Shown: positions 38,390 to 51,073 of the stretch, one piece after another | Numbering within the stretch: the first letter of the stretch is position 1 | Layout of the letters: every line of letters starts with the position of its first letter | Assembly: GCA_951406725.2 (NCBI GenBank) | Contig: OX597815.1 | Location: 72,044,001 to 72,108,000 of the forward strand | Reading direction: 5' to 3' | Source: Octopus vulgaris | Lineage: Eukaryota | DNA length: 64,000 nt | Translations under genes and position numbers: made by a program | The notes under the pieces: model-generated | The model's input: the letters and a program-made list of their open reading frames with translations, nothing else | What the model was told of the DNA's origin: nothing | The model's database searches: none

Positions 38390-41300
38390 CAGAGAGGTGG
38401 TAATAAAATGGTTTTTAAACATATAGTGTTTGCCTTGTTTTCATTGTTGTAAGCATCTTTTATCATTTGTTTCAGTTATTAGACAGTGGCCATGCTGGGG
38501 GACCACCTTGAAAGGTTTTAGTCAAATAAATTGACCCCAGTAGTTTATTTTTAAGTCTGGTACATCATGTGATCACGTGACCAACCAGGCTATCAGATTT
38601 GCTACACATCACAGGTCGCAATGCGCTTCACATTGTTTTAGCCTTCAAATGATGCCATCCCGCTGGCTAAGCAAGCCAACAGAAGAAAGAGTGAGAGAAA
38701 GTTGTGGCGAAAGAGTACAGCAGGGATCACCACCACACCCTGCCAGAGTCTCGTGGAGCTTTACGTGTTTTTGCTCAATAAACATTCACAACGCCCTGTC
38801 TGGGAATTGAAACCGCGATCTTACAACTGCTAGTCTGCTGCATTAACCACTGGGCCATTGCGCCTCCACAAGTCTTGTACATATTCTATCTAAATTATGG
38901 GGACATGAACAAACCAACACCAGTTGTCAATCAGTGGTAGGAAAAACCTTGTATGTTTGTATGTGTGTGTGTATGGACTAGGCTTCTGCAGTTTCCATCA
39001 ACCAAATTCACTTGCAAGGCACTAGTTGGCCCAGAGCTATAATAGACACTTGCCCAAGGTATGGTGCTGTGGGACTGAACTTGAAATTATCTTATTGCAA
39101 AGTGAGCTATATGTTGAACTATAAAGGACTTGGTTATAGGTAGCAGGAATTACAGGTAGAGGTTTGTTTCTCTAATGTTAAATGTGATTTAACCAGCTCT
39201 GTAGTGTTTTAAAACAGTCACTTGTTGATTATTGTTAAGGTTTATGTACACGTTTTGTCATGATTACATGGTGATGGTGGGGTAATATAATTACAATACC
39301 TAAAGGTGTTAGAGAAGATGTAGCTTATTTTTTTTACTTGTTTCAGTTATTTGACTGTGGCCAGGGCTTAGTCAAGCAAATCGACCCTAGGGCTTATTTT
39401 TTAAACCTAGTACTTATTCTATTGGTCTCTTTTGCTGAACTGTTAAATTACAGGGATGTAAACACACCAACACCAATTGTCAAGTGGTGATGGGGGCTAA
39501 ACAGACACACATAGATATATATGACGGGTTTCTTTCAGTTTCTGTCTACCAAATCCACTCACAAGGCTTTGGTCCAAGGTGCATGCAGTGGGACTGAACC
39601 CGGAACCATGTGGTTGGGAAGCAAGCTTCTTACCACACAGAGGATATATATGTTACAACATATATAGCATCATTTAATGTCCGTTTTCCATGTTGACATG
39701 GGTTGGACGGTTTGACCAGAGCTGCACCAGCTTCCAGTCTGATTTCACTTGGTTTCTATGGCTGCGTGCCCTTCCTAATGTCAACCACTTTATATAGTGT
39801 GTTGGGTGCTTTTCATGTGGTACTGGCATGGCTGTTTCTACATGGTGCCACGAAGTTCTTTGTTACACCTCTCATGGTGGTGCCAATATAAATTCACCCT
39901 GGATACACTGTTTTTAGTTTTGTTGAGGACATGACAGCCTCTCAAGTGTTGGTGCCACAATAAAATAACCCCAGAGAGGACCTTCTCTCTAGACTTGGTA
40001 CTCTTACAAACTACCCTGTACACTCCATAAAGTGGTTAACTTTAGGAAGGGTATTTGACTGTAAAACCCAAGTAATTCCAAGCTAGAGTACTTGAGATAG
40101 TATGAATCATTAGAAAGGGTTGTTTGGCTGTAAAATCTGTTAGGTTGCATAAAATGAATGCATGTCAGTTCAGCGAGGGAATTCTTTAAGTCAGGCCTTC
40201 TCAAAATTGTTTCTTGATGCATTCCTTGTAGCAAAATGTAATTTTCATCCATCTACAATTACTAAACAAATTAACAAATATTGGTTTCAAATTTAGGCAC
40301 AAGGCCAGCAATTTTTAGACTTGTATATTGATGACTCAGTTCTCAAGTGAATCCTTCAAAGAATTAAAGAAATTCCTAATCTGAAAGCTTAAACCTAGAA
40401 TCGAGACAAGTTTTAAATGCCAACCAAAGACGAAAGTTTTAATTAATAGGGAAGCCATCTTCTCTAGGGGGAATGGTCAAGCTCAGTATGGCGTTCATTG
40501 TAGCCTATATAAGCTATGGGGGCAATGACCATCTATGTATCATATTTAACGTAAGAGAAACCGTCGTCGTGACACATGAAAAACACCTAGTATACTCTGT
40601 GGAGCGGTTGGCGTTAGGAAGGGCATCCAGCCATAGAAACCAAGCCAAAACAGACGAGCCTAATGCAGCTTACCAGTTCCAGCCAAGTCGTCCGACTCAA
40701 AACGGAAGCTAGAAGACGATGATGATGTTTGACAGGCAAGATGCTAGTTTTTGTCTGAGATAAAATTTCTCATGTATTGAAAACAACATATATTAAGAGA
40801 CGAAAACTAGTGAGAAACAAGATGCATTTTGGGTGTTGTCAGTGATATGTTATCGCAGCGACATACTTTGTCGAAATTTGTCACCTCTGATGTTTAGGAT
40901 AGTGAATAATAGTTTCAAATTTTGCCATAAGGGCAGAAATTTTGGGGGAGGGAATAAGGAGGTATGTCGATTGCATCAACTTCAGTTACTTATTTTACCC
41001 ACCGAAAATATGAAAGGCAAAGTTGAACTCAGAACATAAAGACGGACGAATGCCACTAAGCATTTTGCTCGGCGTGCTAACGATTCTTCCAGCTCGCTGC
41101 CTTAGGATAGTGAATAATACATCCATTGATATTGCAGTAGGAGTAAGTAGGGCAGAAAAAAAGAAGTTCAGGAAGTTATAACACCAGATTACTATAAATA
41201 GGATTTATTTTCCGAGGGAAAGACTAGATTTTTAAGACTGCTTTTGTATGAAGTACGATGTCAGACAGGGCCCGAAATGTGGACGCGTTATGTAGGTGTG

Positions 41301-42889
41301 TGACGGTTGAAAAGAAATGAGGTAAGCATGCTCTCTGTTGGATGTGTAATGTTAGTGAACATGAACGATGGAGCAGAAATAACGAGAGAAAATCCAGTTT
41401 TGAGAAGCTTCAGACAAAGTGTGAAAGAGAGAAGACTGCACTGGAACAGATATCATCATCACCATCATTATTATTATTTCTATATCATCTGCTTTTTCAT
41501 GCTTGCATAGGTCAGAAACAATTCGGTAAGGCAAATTTTCTACGGCTGGATGCTCTTTTCGTCGCCAACGTTCATCTGTTTCCAAGCAAAGTAATATTTC
41601 CCCCATGGCCGAACATGTTTTTACGGATGATTGGAAACGAACGATACCAATGATATGGCGACGATGCTCCTGGCGGGTTTCTTCCAGTTTCCGTCCACTC
41701 ACGAGGTTTTGCATTATAGTAGAACACACTTGCCTAAAGTGTCACGCTGGGAAATTGAACACGAAACTACGTTGGTAGGAAACGAATTTTCTAACTACAC
41801 AGTCATGCTTACGTCACATATATGATAAAGAAGTACCAATAATCCAAATGCAGAAGAGGAAAACAGGAAAAGTGGCGAAGGCGACCTCAGGGCACTGGAT
41901 CTTAGAAAGGACGGCAACAAGTGGTGAGATGATGTGCTGGAAAAAACAGCCCAACCCATGCAAGATGCAAGACGAAGGCGGCGAGTTTGGAGAATCGTTA
42001 GCAAGTCGGATAAAATACTTAGCGGCATTTCTTCCGGATGTTCAAGCACTAAGTTCAAATTTCGTCGAAATCGTCTTCACCCTTCGTCCTTTCGGAATCG
42101 ATAAAATTATTACTAGTTGAGCACAAGGGTTGATGTAATCAAATCCTTCTAGACTCCTTCTCCCAAAAAAACAGGCTTTGTGCCAATTGTAGATATAAAT
42201 TATTACTATAAAGACGACGAAATGGCTGAACCATTAGCGAGTCGGCCAAATTGCTAAGCGTCATTCCTTCCGCTGTATAAGTTCTGAGTTCAAATATCTG
42301 CCGAGGTCAGCTTTGCCTTTTATCCTTTCAGCGTGGATAAAATAAAGCACCAGTTGAGTACTAAGTTACTGGGATCGATGTAATTGGAGAACCCCTCCCC
42401 CCAAAATTGCTGGTCTTGTGCCAAAATTTGAAACATTTATTGGATGAGTCGTTAGAGCGTCGACAGGGTGCTTTGCGCCAATCGTTCTGGCTCCTACGCC
42501 CCGAGCTCAAATCCCGCCATTGCCATCTTTGCCTTTTATCCTTTTGGGCCTAATCCTGTACTTGAGAGCAATTCTTCACTCTCTTTTTGTCTATCGCTCT
42601 TTCTAGAAGAAATCGGCTGTGGATAGATCTGGCGTGCGATTGGCTTTGTCAGGTTTAAAGATGCCCAAGAAGCAACTCTATCAAGGATTTGAAGGCGCAA
42701 GACAACGTATGAGGTAAGGAGGTAGATCGGAAGAACTGTTACAGCATCGGACAAAAAGTCCTGTGGTAGTTATGGTACTTTATGTTTCGAGGTCAACTTT
42801 CCCCGTTCATACTCCCTGACTCGATAAACGTACCAGGCAAATACTGGGTTCAGTTTACTCGACGTCCAAATGTCTAGTTTCACCTTATA

Positions 42890-43281
42890 TATTCTTTTCT
42901 ACTCTAGGCACAAAGCCCGAAATTTTGGGGGAGGGGGCCAGTCGATTAGATCGACCCCAGTACGCAGCTGGTACATAATTTATCAACCAGGAAAGGATGA
43001 AAGTCAAAGTCGACCTCGGCGGAATTTGAACTCAAAACGTAGCGGCAGACGAAATACCTATTTCTTTACTACCCACAAGGGGCTAAAAACAGAGAGGACA
43101 GACAAACGGATTTAGTCGATTACATCGACTCCAGTGCGTAATTGGTGCTTAATTTATCGACCCCGAAAGGATGAAAGGCAAAGTCGACCTCGGCGGAATT
43201 TGAACTCAGAACGTAACGGCAGACGAAATACAGCTACGCATTTCGCCCGACGTGCTAACGTTTCTGCCAGCTCGCCGCCTT
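42890..43281 (-). mobile_element. SINE family B dimer (two ~180-bp bodies, one head)
   Basis: Body tcgacccc...aaaggatgaaaggcaaagtcgacctcggcggaatttgaactc twice, joined by tatttctttactacccacaagggg spacer. Confidence 0.75.
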
Positions 43282-43754
43282 CCAAGGATTTATTATTACA
43301 TCGATGGTGGGATGAAAGATAAAACTTACAATTTATTCTACTCTAAACTGAGGTCAACCTTGTCCGCTATCTTTTCGAGCTCAATAAAAAAGTACCAATC
43401 TGGAGCGGTGAATCGGAGGACCATAAAACTGTCAAACCAAATATTTTGTGCTGTTTGCGTTCTGAGTTCAAATTCCGCCAGGGCCTATTTAGGTAGTAGA
43501 CTTAATTCATGACCCGGTTTTACACCACCACCTTTGGATACTTTTTATTTTTTAGCTGAGTATCTGTTATGAGTATCCGAGACAGTTCTCTGGTCTAAAG
43601 ATATCTTTGTCCCTTCTCTCACCAGTTTTGAAAGCTCTTTAAAGGGTTATGGACTACATTCTATTTCCTGATTCTAAGATGGGAAAGCATCTGAGAAAGT
43701 AGTGCTAAGTAGTAGCCTCTCTCACTTGACCCTTGCTTTATATTCTTTAGTATC

Positions 43755-44001
43755 TATTTTTACTTGTTTCTGTCATTTGACTACGGCCATGATGGGGCAC
43801 CACTTTAAAGCATTTTTTTAGCAGAAGAAGCCGACCCCGGGATTTAGTTTTCGTAAACCTAGTAGTTGTTCTATTTGTCTCGTTTGCTGAACCACTAAGT
43901 TACGGGGACGTGAACACACCAACATCGATTGTCAAGCGATGGTGAAGGGGACAAACACTGACACAAAGACACACGCACACACACATACACACACAAATAT
44001 A

Positions 44002-44046
<45 letters not shown>

Positions 44047-44206
44047 GACGGGCTTCTTTCAGTTTCCGTCTACCAAATCCACTCACAAGGCTTTGGTCGA
44101 CCCGAGGCTATAGTAGAAGACACTTGCCCAAGGTGCCATGTAGTGAGACTGAATCTGGAATCATGTGGCTAGGAAGCAAGTTTCTTACCATACAACTACG
44201 CCTGTT

Positions 44207-44208
<2 letters not shown>
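43755..44208 (-). mobile_element. Full-length SINE family A with internal (TA)n/(CA)n
   Basis: tacttgtttc...cactaagttacggggacgt...gacgggcttctttcagtttccgtctaccaaatccactcacaaggc...cttgcccaaggtgcca; CpGs intact. Confidence 0.8.
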
Positions 44209-44238
<30 letters not shown>

Positions 44239-44242
<4 letters not shown>

Positions 44243-44955
44243 TCCGTAATAATGAAGGGTGAAATTAATTAATTTGGAATAATTATCAATTACACCAAGT
44301 AGTCTTCGGCATGTAAAAGCCTCATTCGAGGAAAATTTAAGTAATACTAAGCAATAAAGGGTTTGGCAACGAATTGCCTTACCACATACCGAATTTAGAA
44401 ATAGCAGTCAAAGAGTTATAGCTATTTCTTCTACTAAAAAGGGAGATCTCAGTAAAAACAGCAATTGGAAGGCAGACACAAACAGGTAAGAGGGAATGAA
44501 TTGACGGCAATCTATCATACAATTTTAAGTTATCTACGGACGTACGTTTCGAAATCAAGTCTTTAGGAAAGCATAAGAATTAAATATTAAATAATTCTAT
44601 CTTACCAAGAACTTCTTTTCTCTTCAGCGTAGAATACTATAATCATAAATGATTATATATTGAATTTTGAGATACTAGAAGGCATCAACTCAACTCAGTA
44701 TCAGAGCGAGCTAAAATCCGCAACTAGTATCACCAAATTCAATGTGTGAATGAGAAGATTGTGTCACCAGCCCCTTCCCACCCGCGTGTAGCCAAAACAA
44801 GATGCTGTGGTCATCTACTGAGATAAAATATGGTTAACCGTAATAATGAAGGGTGAAATTAATTAATTTGGAATAATTATCAATTACACCAAGTAGTCTT
44901 CGGCATGTAAAAGCCTCATTCGAGGAAAATTTAAGTAATACTAAGCAATAAAGGG

Positions 44956-44957
<2 letters not shown>
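44239..44957 (-). mobile_element. Hammerhead-containing non-coding retroelement (retrozyme / Penelope pseudo-LTR-like): 594-bp unit + 125-bp terminal direct repeat, in (TA)n
   Basis: 44239-44363 repeated at 44833-44957 (one mismatch seen, period 594); (TA)n on both sides; hammerhead at 44533-44633. Confidence 0.75.
44533..44633 (-). ncRNA. Type I hammerhead ribozyme
   Basis: Minus strand: TCTACG-CTGAAGA-[GAAA...70 nt...TTTC]-GAAA-C-GTAC-G-TC-CGTAGA; perfect 6-bp stem I, extended stem II, palindromic minimal stem III, GUC cleavage triplet. Confidence 0.88.
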
Positions 44958-45001
<44 letters not shown>

Positions 45002-45149
45002 AGCTAGTTTTAAATCTTTGAGTGAAAGATATGCAGTAACAGTACCGAATAGTAAAGTTTATTTGCCAAATAAACTTTAGTATATATATAATTCATGTTC
45101 AGTTAATTGAAGGAAAGAAAATGGAGAGTTGAAAGTTAATAATTATTTA

Positions 45150-45881
45150 TTATTAAAAAATTGCAGCCGTTTCCATTAGTGCCCAGTAGGTAAGTTACAA
45201 ATTTATGCTTTAAAATTGCATTTATATTTTATGAACGTAATTTCATCAGAGAAAAAGATTTATCTTAAGATGTTACATGCTGACCTATCATTTCATGCCA
45301 GCAGACGCCTCTGTGCAAAATTCATGGCGAATAAGTTTATCAGTGTCCTTCAACTGTTAAACAAATTGCAGCTTGTATGGTGTGAACTGTAGCCGTCTCC
45401 TTAAGGCGCGCCAAACGGGTTGTTGATGGGAGCTGAAGTTCTCGACTGGCTATTCTGACAAATTTCTGGGGGCTGCGTTGGAAGGCTTGCTGAACTTGTT
45501 CAACCATATCATCTGAACGTTGAAGGGCGTCTTGTTCCTTTTGCCGGACACAGACACCCCTCCCCCTTAAATTTTGCATGCCAATTCAAAATGGAACGTC
45601 TGTCTGGCGCCTCCTTGATAAACGATGTACGAAATTTGCGTTGAACACGGGCCCATGATTCAGTTTTAGCGTATTCTAGGATGCAAAATTACTTTTGTTA
45701 TTTTGTGAATGACATTACTGGATCTGAAAAGAGGCAAAAAACAAAATTTAATTAAATTAACAGAAGAAAACTTGACACTTTTAGCTTTTAAATGGTACCA
45801 ATTCAATCATGCTACCATTTGTAGTTCATGATATAAGGATTCTTAGAATGTGAGTGACATAGACTTTTGAAACGCCCTGTA
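45150..45881 (-). mobile_element. Tc1/mariner-superfamily remnant (N-terminal transposase part)
   Basis: Minus ORF 45340-45579 VEQVQQAFQRSPQKFVRIASRELQLPSTT; terminus ta-cagggcgtttcaaaagtc on minus at ~45880. Confidence 0.6.
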
Positions 45882-46976
45882 TATCTAGACACTGACAGAG
45901 GAAAGACTTGCAGTGTTTGTTGGTATAAAAGACACACGGGTATAATAGGTGCACATCAATTTCAACAGCGAATATTCAGGAAAAAGTGAGCGTCAGGGAC
46001 AAAATTAGTTTATGGGAGGCCCAATTTCGCATATAGGACCCCAAGTGACTTTTTCGAGACATTTTTGCTTTGGAAAAAGTACGTCTTATACAGCGTCAAA
46101 TACGCTAAATTGAAATTTTGATAATGTCGAGCAGTTGGGATTGAGTTGAAAGGACCAATTCAAGAAATAGACGACTCCAGATTTTATCCTCACCAGTATG
46201 AGTGGTTAGACCTACAAAACTCTTATTTTGCTATTTCATTCATCAGATGACACAGGTTGTCATCTCATGACTCACGTAACTGGATATGACTATCCCAGGG
46301 TGTCCACAAAGTCATTAGACAATAAACCAAGACTCACATTGTGCCTTTTCTTGTGAAGTAATCATTATCTGAAACATAAATACAACATTAATTGCGTCCG
46401 ATAAATAAAAACAACATTAATAAAACTATTAATACCGTTAAAAAGTTTTATTGCCCCTTATTTGAAATTGTCTAAAGACTTTCTGGATTTTCTTAAAGAC
46501 CCTGTTTATCTTGGGTTTCTGAGTTCAGATCTCTAATTATGCCGTAAGAAAAATAACCATTTTACTTAGTTTCATTTCTTTATTTTTGTTGTTTTTTCCT
46601 TCCTCGGGGTTTCTTTTTTAATCAAAACTAAAATTGTCTAATGAAAAATGATAATTTACTCGATTATTTAATTGAATTTAAAACAAATAAGGCTTTGGAG
46701 ATAATAACCAGAGCGGTATATCTATTTCTTTAAAAAAAAATCGTTAAATAAGGAGAGAAGGTAGCACTTGCGACCTTTCACACGGACGGACGAGAGAGAG
46801 GCAGGAAGCTATCATCAAACGGAAGAACCGGCGGAGTCGACTGCTCCAGAGACATCGAAGGTGCCAGGTGGTCGATCGTGTTACGCCGAGTGATAGATTA
46901 AGTCTATCACCTAAATAATCCATGTCAAGATTTTAACTCAGAACATAAACACACGGAAAAAATACCGCAAAGCATC

Positions 46977-47610
46977 CGCGCTAGAAATAGCGGCAAAATT
47001 CAGTGAGTTATATCCAGTCACTCTCAGTAAGGAAAGTCAGAATGGACAGTGGAATCCCTGAAATATAAAAATACGGGATGGTCACAGCTGTAATTTGTAT
47101 ATATACCCATTATCTATTTTCCTATCTTCCATCGAATTGTTCGCAGTTCCTATAGATTCCTTCGTCAAGCGCCCTGGATTGGTGCTTCCCTTCCACCCCC
47201 GATCCCGAAAGGAAGAAATGTAAAGTTGACTCTCACCAAGGCTTGCACTCAGAACAAAGGGAATCGGTACAAATAACGCGAAGCATTCTACTCAATGCTT
47301 TAGCGATTCTTTCAATTCACCAATATTTATGATTCCCTCTTGTCCGTACCATTATTCTATTCCAGCACTTTTAAAGTTATCTCTGCAGATTTTCTATACA
47401 AACTAGAGCCAGCATTGAAAGTTACGTTTCGTATACGAATATGTCTATGTAAACAATTTGATGGAAGATAGGAAAAAAGGTAATCGGTGTACATGTATAT
47501 TACAACTGTGGCCATTTTTATACTTCAGGAATTCTACTGTCCATTGTGTCTCTCCTTACTGAGGGTGACTGGATACAATTCCTCTGAATTTTGCCGCTAT
47601 TTCAAGCGCG
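46977..47610. repeat. Diverged inverted repeat, ~165-bp arms around ~310-bp spacer
   Basis: cgcgctagaaatagcggcaaaattcag...ccagtcactctcagtaagga...cctatcttccatc mirrored by gatggaagatagg...tccttactgagggtgactgg...ctgaattttgccgctatttcaagcgcg. Confidence 0.8.
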
Positions 47611-47997
47611 TTAAGCGACCAGGTTAAGGCTCTCCAGTTCGCTTGTCTTCAAATGTCATTGCAGCTGCTCAGAAAAGGTAAATGCATCGTCACCATCGTA
47701 GTCATTATCATGTCTATCATCATAATTTATGTCGTCGTTCAGACGTCGTCGTCGTCATCATCTTCATCATCATCACCATCACCATCAACATCATTGCGAT
47801 TGCCAATATCACCATTATCATCATTGACAACACCACCGTCGTCTTCATCACCACCACCGCCAACTGGTGGTGGTGTACATCATCACCGCCATCATCTCCT
47901 TTATCATTATCAACATCATCGTCGTCATCACCTTCGTCATCCCCATCTACATCACTGTTGTTGTTCCCATCATTGCTGATATGTATTGCTATATATG

Positions 47998-48975
47998 GGG
48001 TTCAAATTTTGGCTCAAGGCTAGCAATTTCGGGGGAGGGAATTAGTCGATTACATCGACCCTTGGTTGGTTCTTCTTTTATCGATCCCAAAAGGACGAAA
48101 GGCAAAGTCGACCTCTGTGGAATTTGAACTCAGAACGTAAAAACAGACGAAATACCTATTTCTTTACTTCCCACAAGGAGCTAAATACAGAGGGGAAAAA
48201 CAAGGACAGACAAACAGATTAAGTCGATTACATCGACCCCAGTGCGTAACTGGTACTTAATTTATCGACCCCGAAAGGACGAAAGGCAAAGTCGACCTCG
48301 GCAGAATTTGAACTCAGAACGTAACGGCAGACGAAATACGGCTACGCATTTCGCTCGGCGTGCTAACGTTTCTTATTTCTTTATTGCCCACAAGGAGCTA
48401 AACATAGAGAGGACAAACAAGGATAGACAAAGGGATTAAGTCGATTACATCCGCACCAGTGCGTAACTTGTACTTAATTTATCGACCAGGAAAGGATGAA
48501 AAGCAAAGTCGACCTCGGTGGAATTTGAACTCAGAACGTAACGGCAGACGAAATACCTATTTCTTTACTACCCACAAGGGGTTAAACACAGAAGGGACAA
48601 ACAAGGACAGACAAACAGATTAAGTCGATTATATCGATCCCAGTGCGTAACTGGTACTTATTTAATCGACCCCGAAAGAATAAAAGGCAAAGTCGACCTC
48701 GATGGAATTTGAACTCAGAACGTAACGGCAGACGAAATAGCTATTTCTTTATTACCCACAAGGGGTTAAACATAGAGGGGACAAACAAGGACAGACAAAG
48801 GGATTAAGACGATTACATCGACCCTAGTGCGTAACTGGTACTTAATTTATCGACCCAGAAAGGATGAAAGGCAAAGTCGACCTCGGCGGAATTTGAACTC
48901 AGAACGTAACGGCAGACAAAATACAGCTACGCATTTCGCACGGCGTGCTAACGTTTCTGCCAGCTTGCAGCCTTG
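47998..48975 (-). repeat. Head-to-tail array of five SINE-B bodies (~180-220 bp period) with a single complete head
   Basis: aaaggcaaagtcgacctc...gaatttgaactcagaacgtaa at ~48100, 48285, 48505, 48685, 48870, separated by tatttcttta...cccacaagg...gacaaacaaggacagacaaa...attaagtcgatt. Confidence 0.85.
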
Positions 48976-49379
48976 CCTCGATATATATATTAAAATTTAC
49001 ATAACCAACGGACATGTTCCTACCTCTGAGCCATAGGCGAACTGTCTCCTTTCCCTGTCTCTTAAATCACTACTATGATGGCCTCTGTTCCTCGTAGATA
49101 GCTGGTCTTGCATCTCCGTAATTCAGGCCTTCCCCCTCCACACACACACATTCACCTTTCCTTCTCTTGTCAATCTTGGTACGTCCAATCCTCTCCCCTA
49201 AGCCCTGCACTAACGTCTAAACACAATCCTTCCGCCCCTAGAACATCATTCCCCTGGAATCTTCTCCCCTGCGTAGGGACATGGACACACTCCCTTACTA
49301 CATATTCAGCAAGTAAAAAAGTGTGTGTGTGTAAGAGAGGAAGCGAGAGAGAGAGAGAGAGAAGGAAACAGACATAAAG

Positions 49380-49580
49380 ATACAGACAGACAGACAGGCA
49401 CACGGATGGACGGACAGACGGATGGCTGGATGGATAGATGGATGGACAGGTAGATAGATGGGTAGATAGACAAAGAGATAGGTAGATAGATATGTAGGAA
49501 GATAATTAGGTAGGTAATAAGATTGGTAGACAGGTAGATGAGTAGATAGACAGATGGATAAATAGATAGGTAGATTGATT

Positions 49581-49636
<56 letters not shown>

Positions 49637-49860
49637 TAGAAAGATAGATAGATAGATAGATGGATAGAAAGATAGATAGATAGATGGATAGATAGATAGA
49701 CAGATAGATAGATAGATGGATAAATAGATAGGTAGATTGATAGATAGATAGATAGATAGACAGATGGATAGATAGATAGATAGATAGAGTAGGGGGAGAA
49801 AGGCAGACAGATAGACAGACAAACAGATAGATAAATAGACAGACATACAGACAGACAGAC
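49380..49860 (+). repeat. (GATA)n/(GACA)n compound microsatellite
   Basis: Direct reading. Confidence 0.9.
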
Positions 49861-50025
49861 AAACATGGATTGTTGTGGTGGTGATGAAAATCTGTTAAAA
49901 GTTCTGAACTCCGCTATTGAAATGACAAGACAATGACATCAAATAGTTTCAATGTGTGTATGAGTGTGGAAAGAGGCGTGTGAGCGCGCTCATGTGTGTA
50001 CCTGTGTCAGCACGAACTGATGTAC

Positions 50026-50061
<36 letters not shown>

Positions 50062-50265
50062 ATGTATACATCTGTGGCTTCGCGCCTGTGCGTATAATTG
50101 CATGTGTGTGTGAGTGTATATGTGTGTGTACTTGGTTATGTGTACAAGGATATCTGCATATATACCAACGCGCGCGCGTCTGCCTCTATATGTTGCGTGC
50201 CCATGGTTGTGTCTGTGTGTGCGTCTGCTTGTGTGTATGTGTGTGTGTGTGTGTGTATGCGCGTA

Positions 50266-50311
<46 letters not shown>

Positions 50312-50353
50312 GCTGTGTACGTGTGCGCGCCTCGGTGCACGCACCTGTCCTTC

Positions 50354-50384
<31 letters not shown>

Positions 50385-51020
50385 TGTTTGTCTGTCTGTT
50401 TGTCGGTGTGACTGCGTGTGTATGAGTTTGTATGACTGTATGTGTGTGTGCTCCTATCTGTGTATGATCCTATGTGTGTGTTCCTCTGTGCGTGTGTGCG
50501 TGTGTGCGTGTGTGTGTGTATGCGTGTGTGTATGTGTGTGTGTGTGTATGTGTGTATATATGTCTGTGCCTGTGTGTTCGCTGTTGTAACCTATAGTTTT
50601 ATGAGGCACGTTGTCGGTCGTTGAACAACAGATAGATAAATAGACAGACATACAGACAGAACAGACAAACATGGATTGTTGTGGTGGTGATGAAAATCTG
50701 TTAAAAGTTCTGAACTCCGCTATTGAAATGACAAGACAATGACATCAAATAGTTTCAATGTGTGTATGAGTGTGGAAAGAGGCGTGTGAGCGCGCTCATG
50801 TGTGTACCTGTGTCAGCACGAACTGATGTACTTGTGTGTGTGTGTGTGTACATGTATACATCTGTGGCTTCGCGCCTGTGCGTATAATTGCATGTGTGTG
50901 TGTTTATATGTGTGTGTACTTGGTTATGTGTACAAGGATATCTGCATATATACCAACGCGCGCGCGTCTGCCTCTATATGTTGCGTGCCCATGGTTGTGT
51001 CTGTGTGTGCGTCTGCTTGT

Positions 51021-51073
<53 letters not shown>

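Noticed and set aside
47998-48975. CRISPR-like regularly spaced repeats
   Set aside because: The intervening segments are themselves near-identical, units are SINE bodies, context is eukaryotic and no cas genes are present.
49880-49908. C/D box-like GTGATGA...CTGA
   Set aside because: Boxes under 20 nt apart, too short for a snoRNA, and not in an identified intron.
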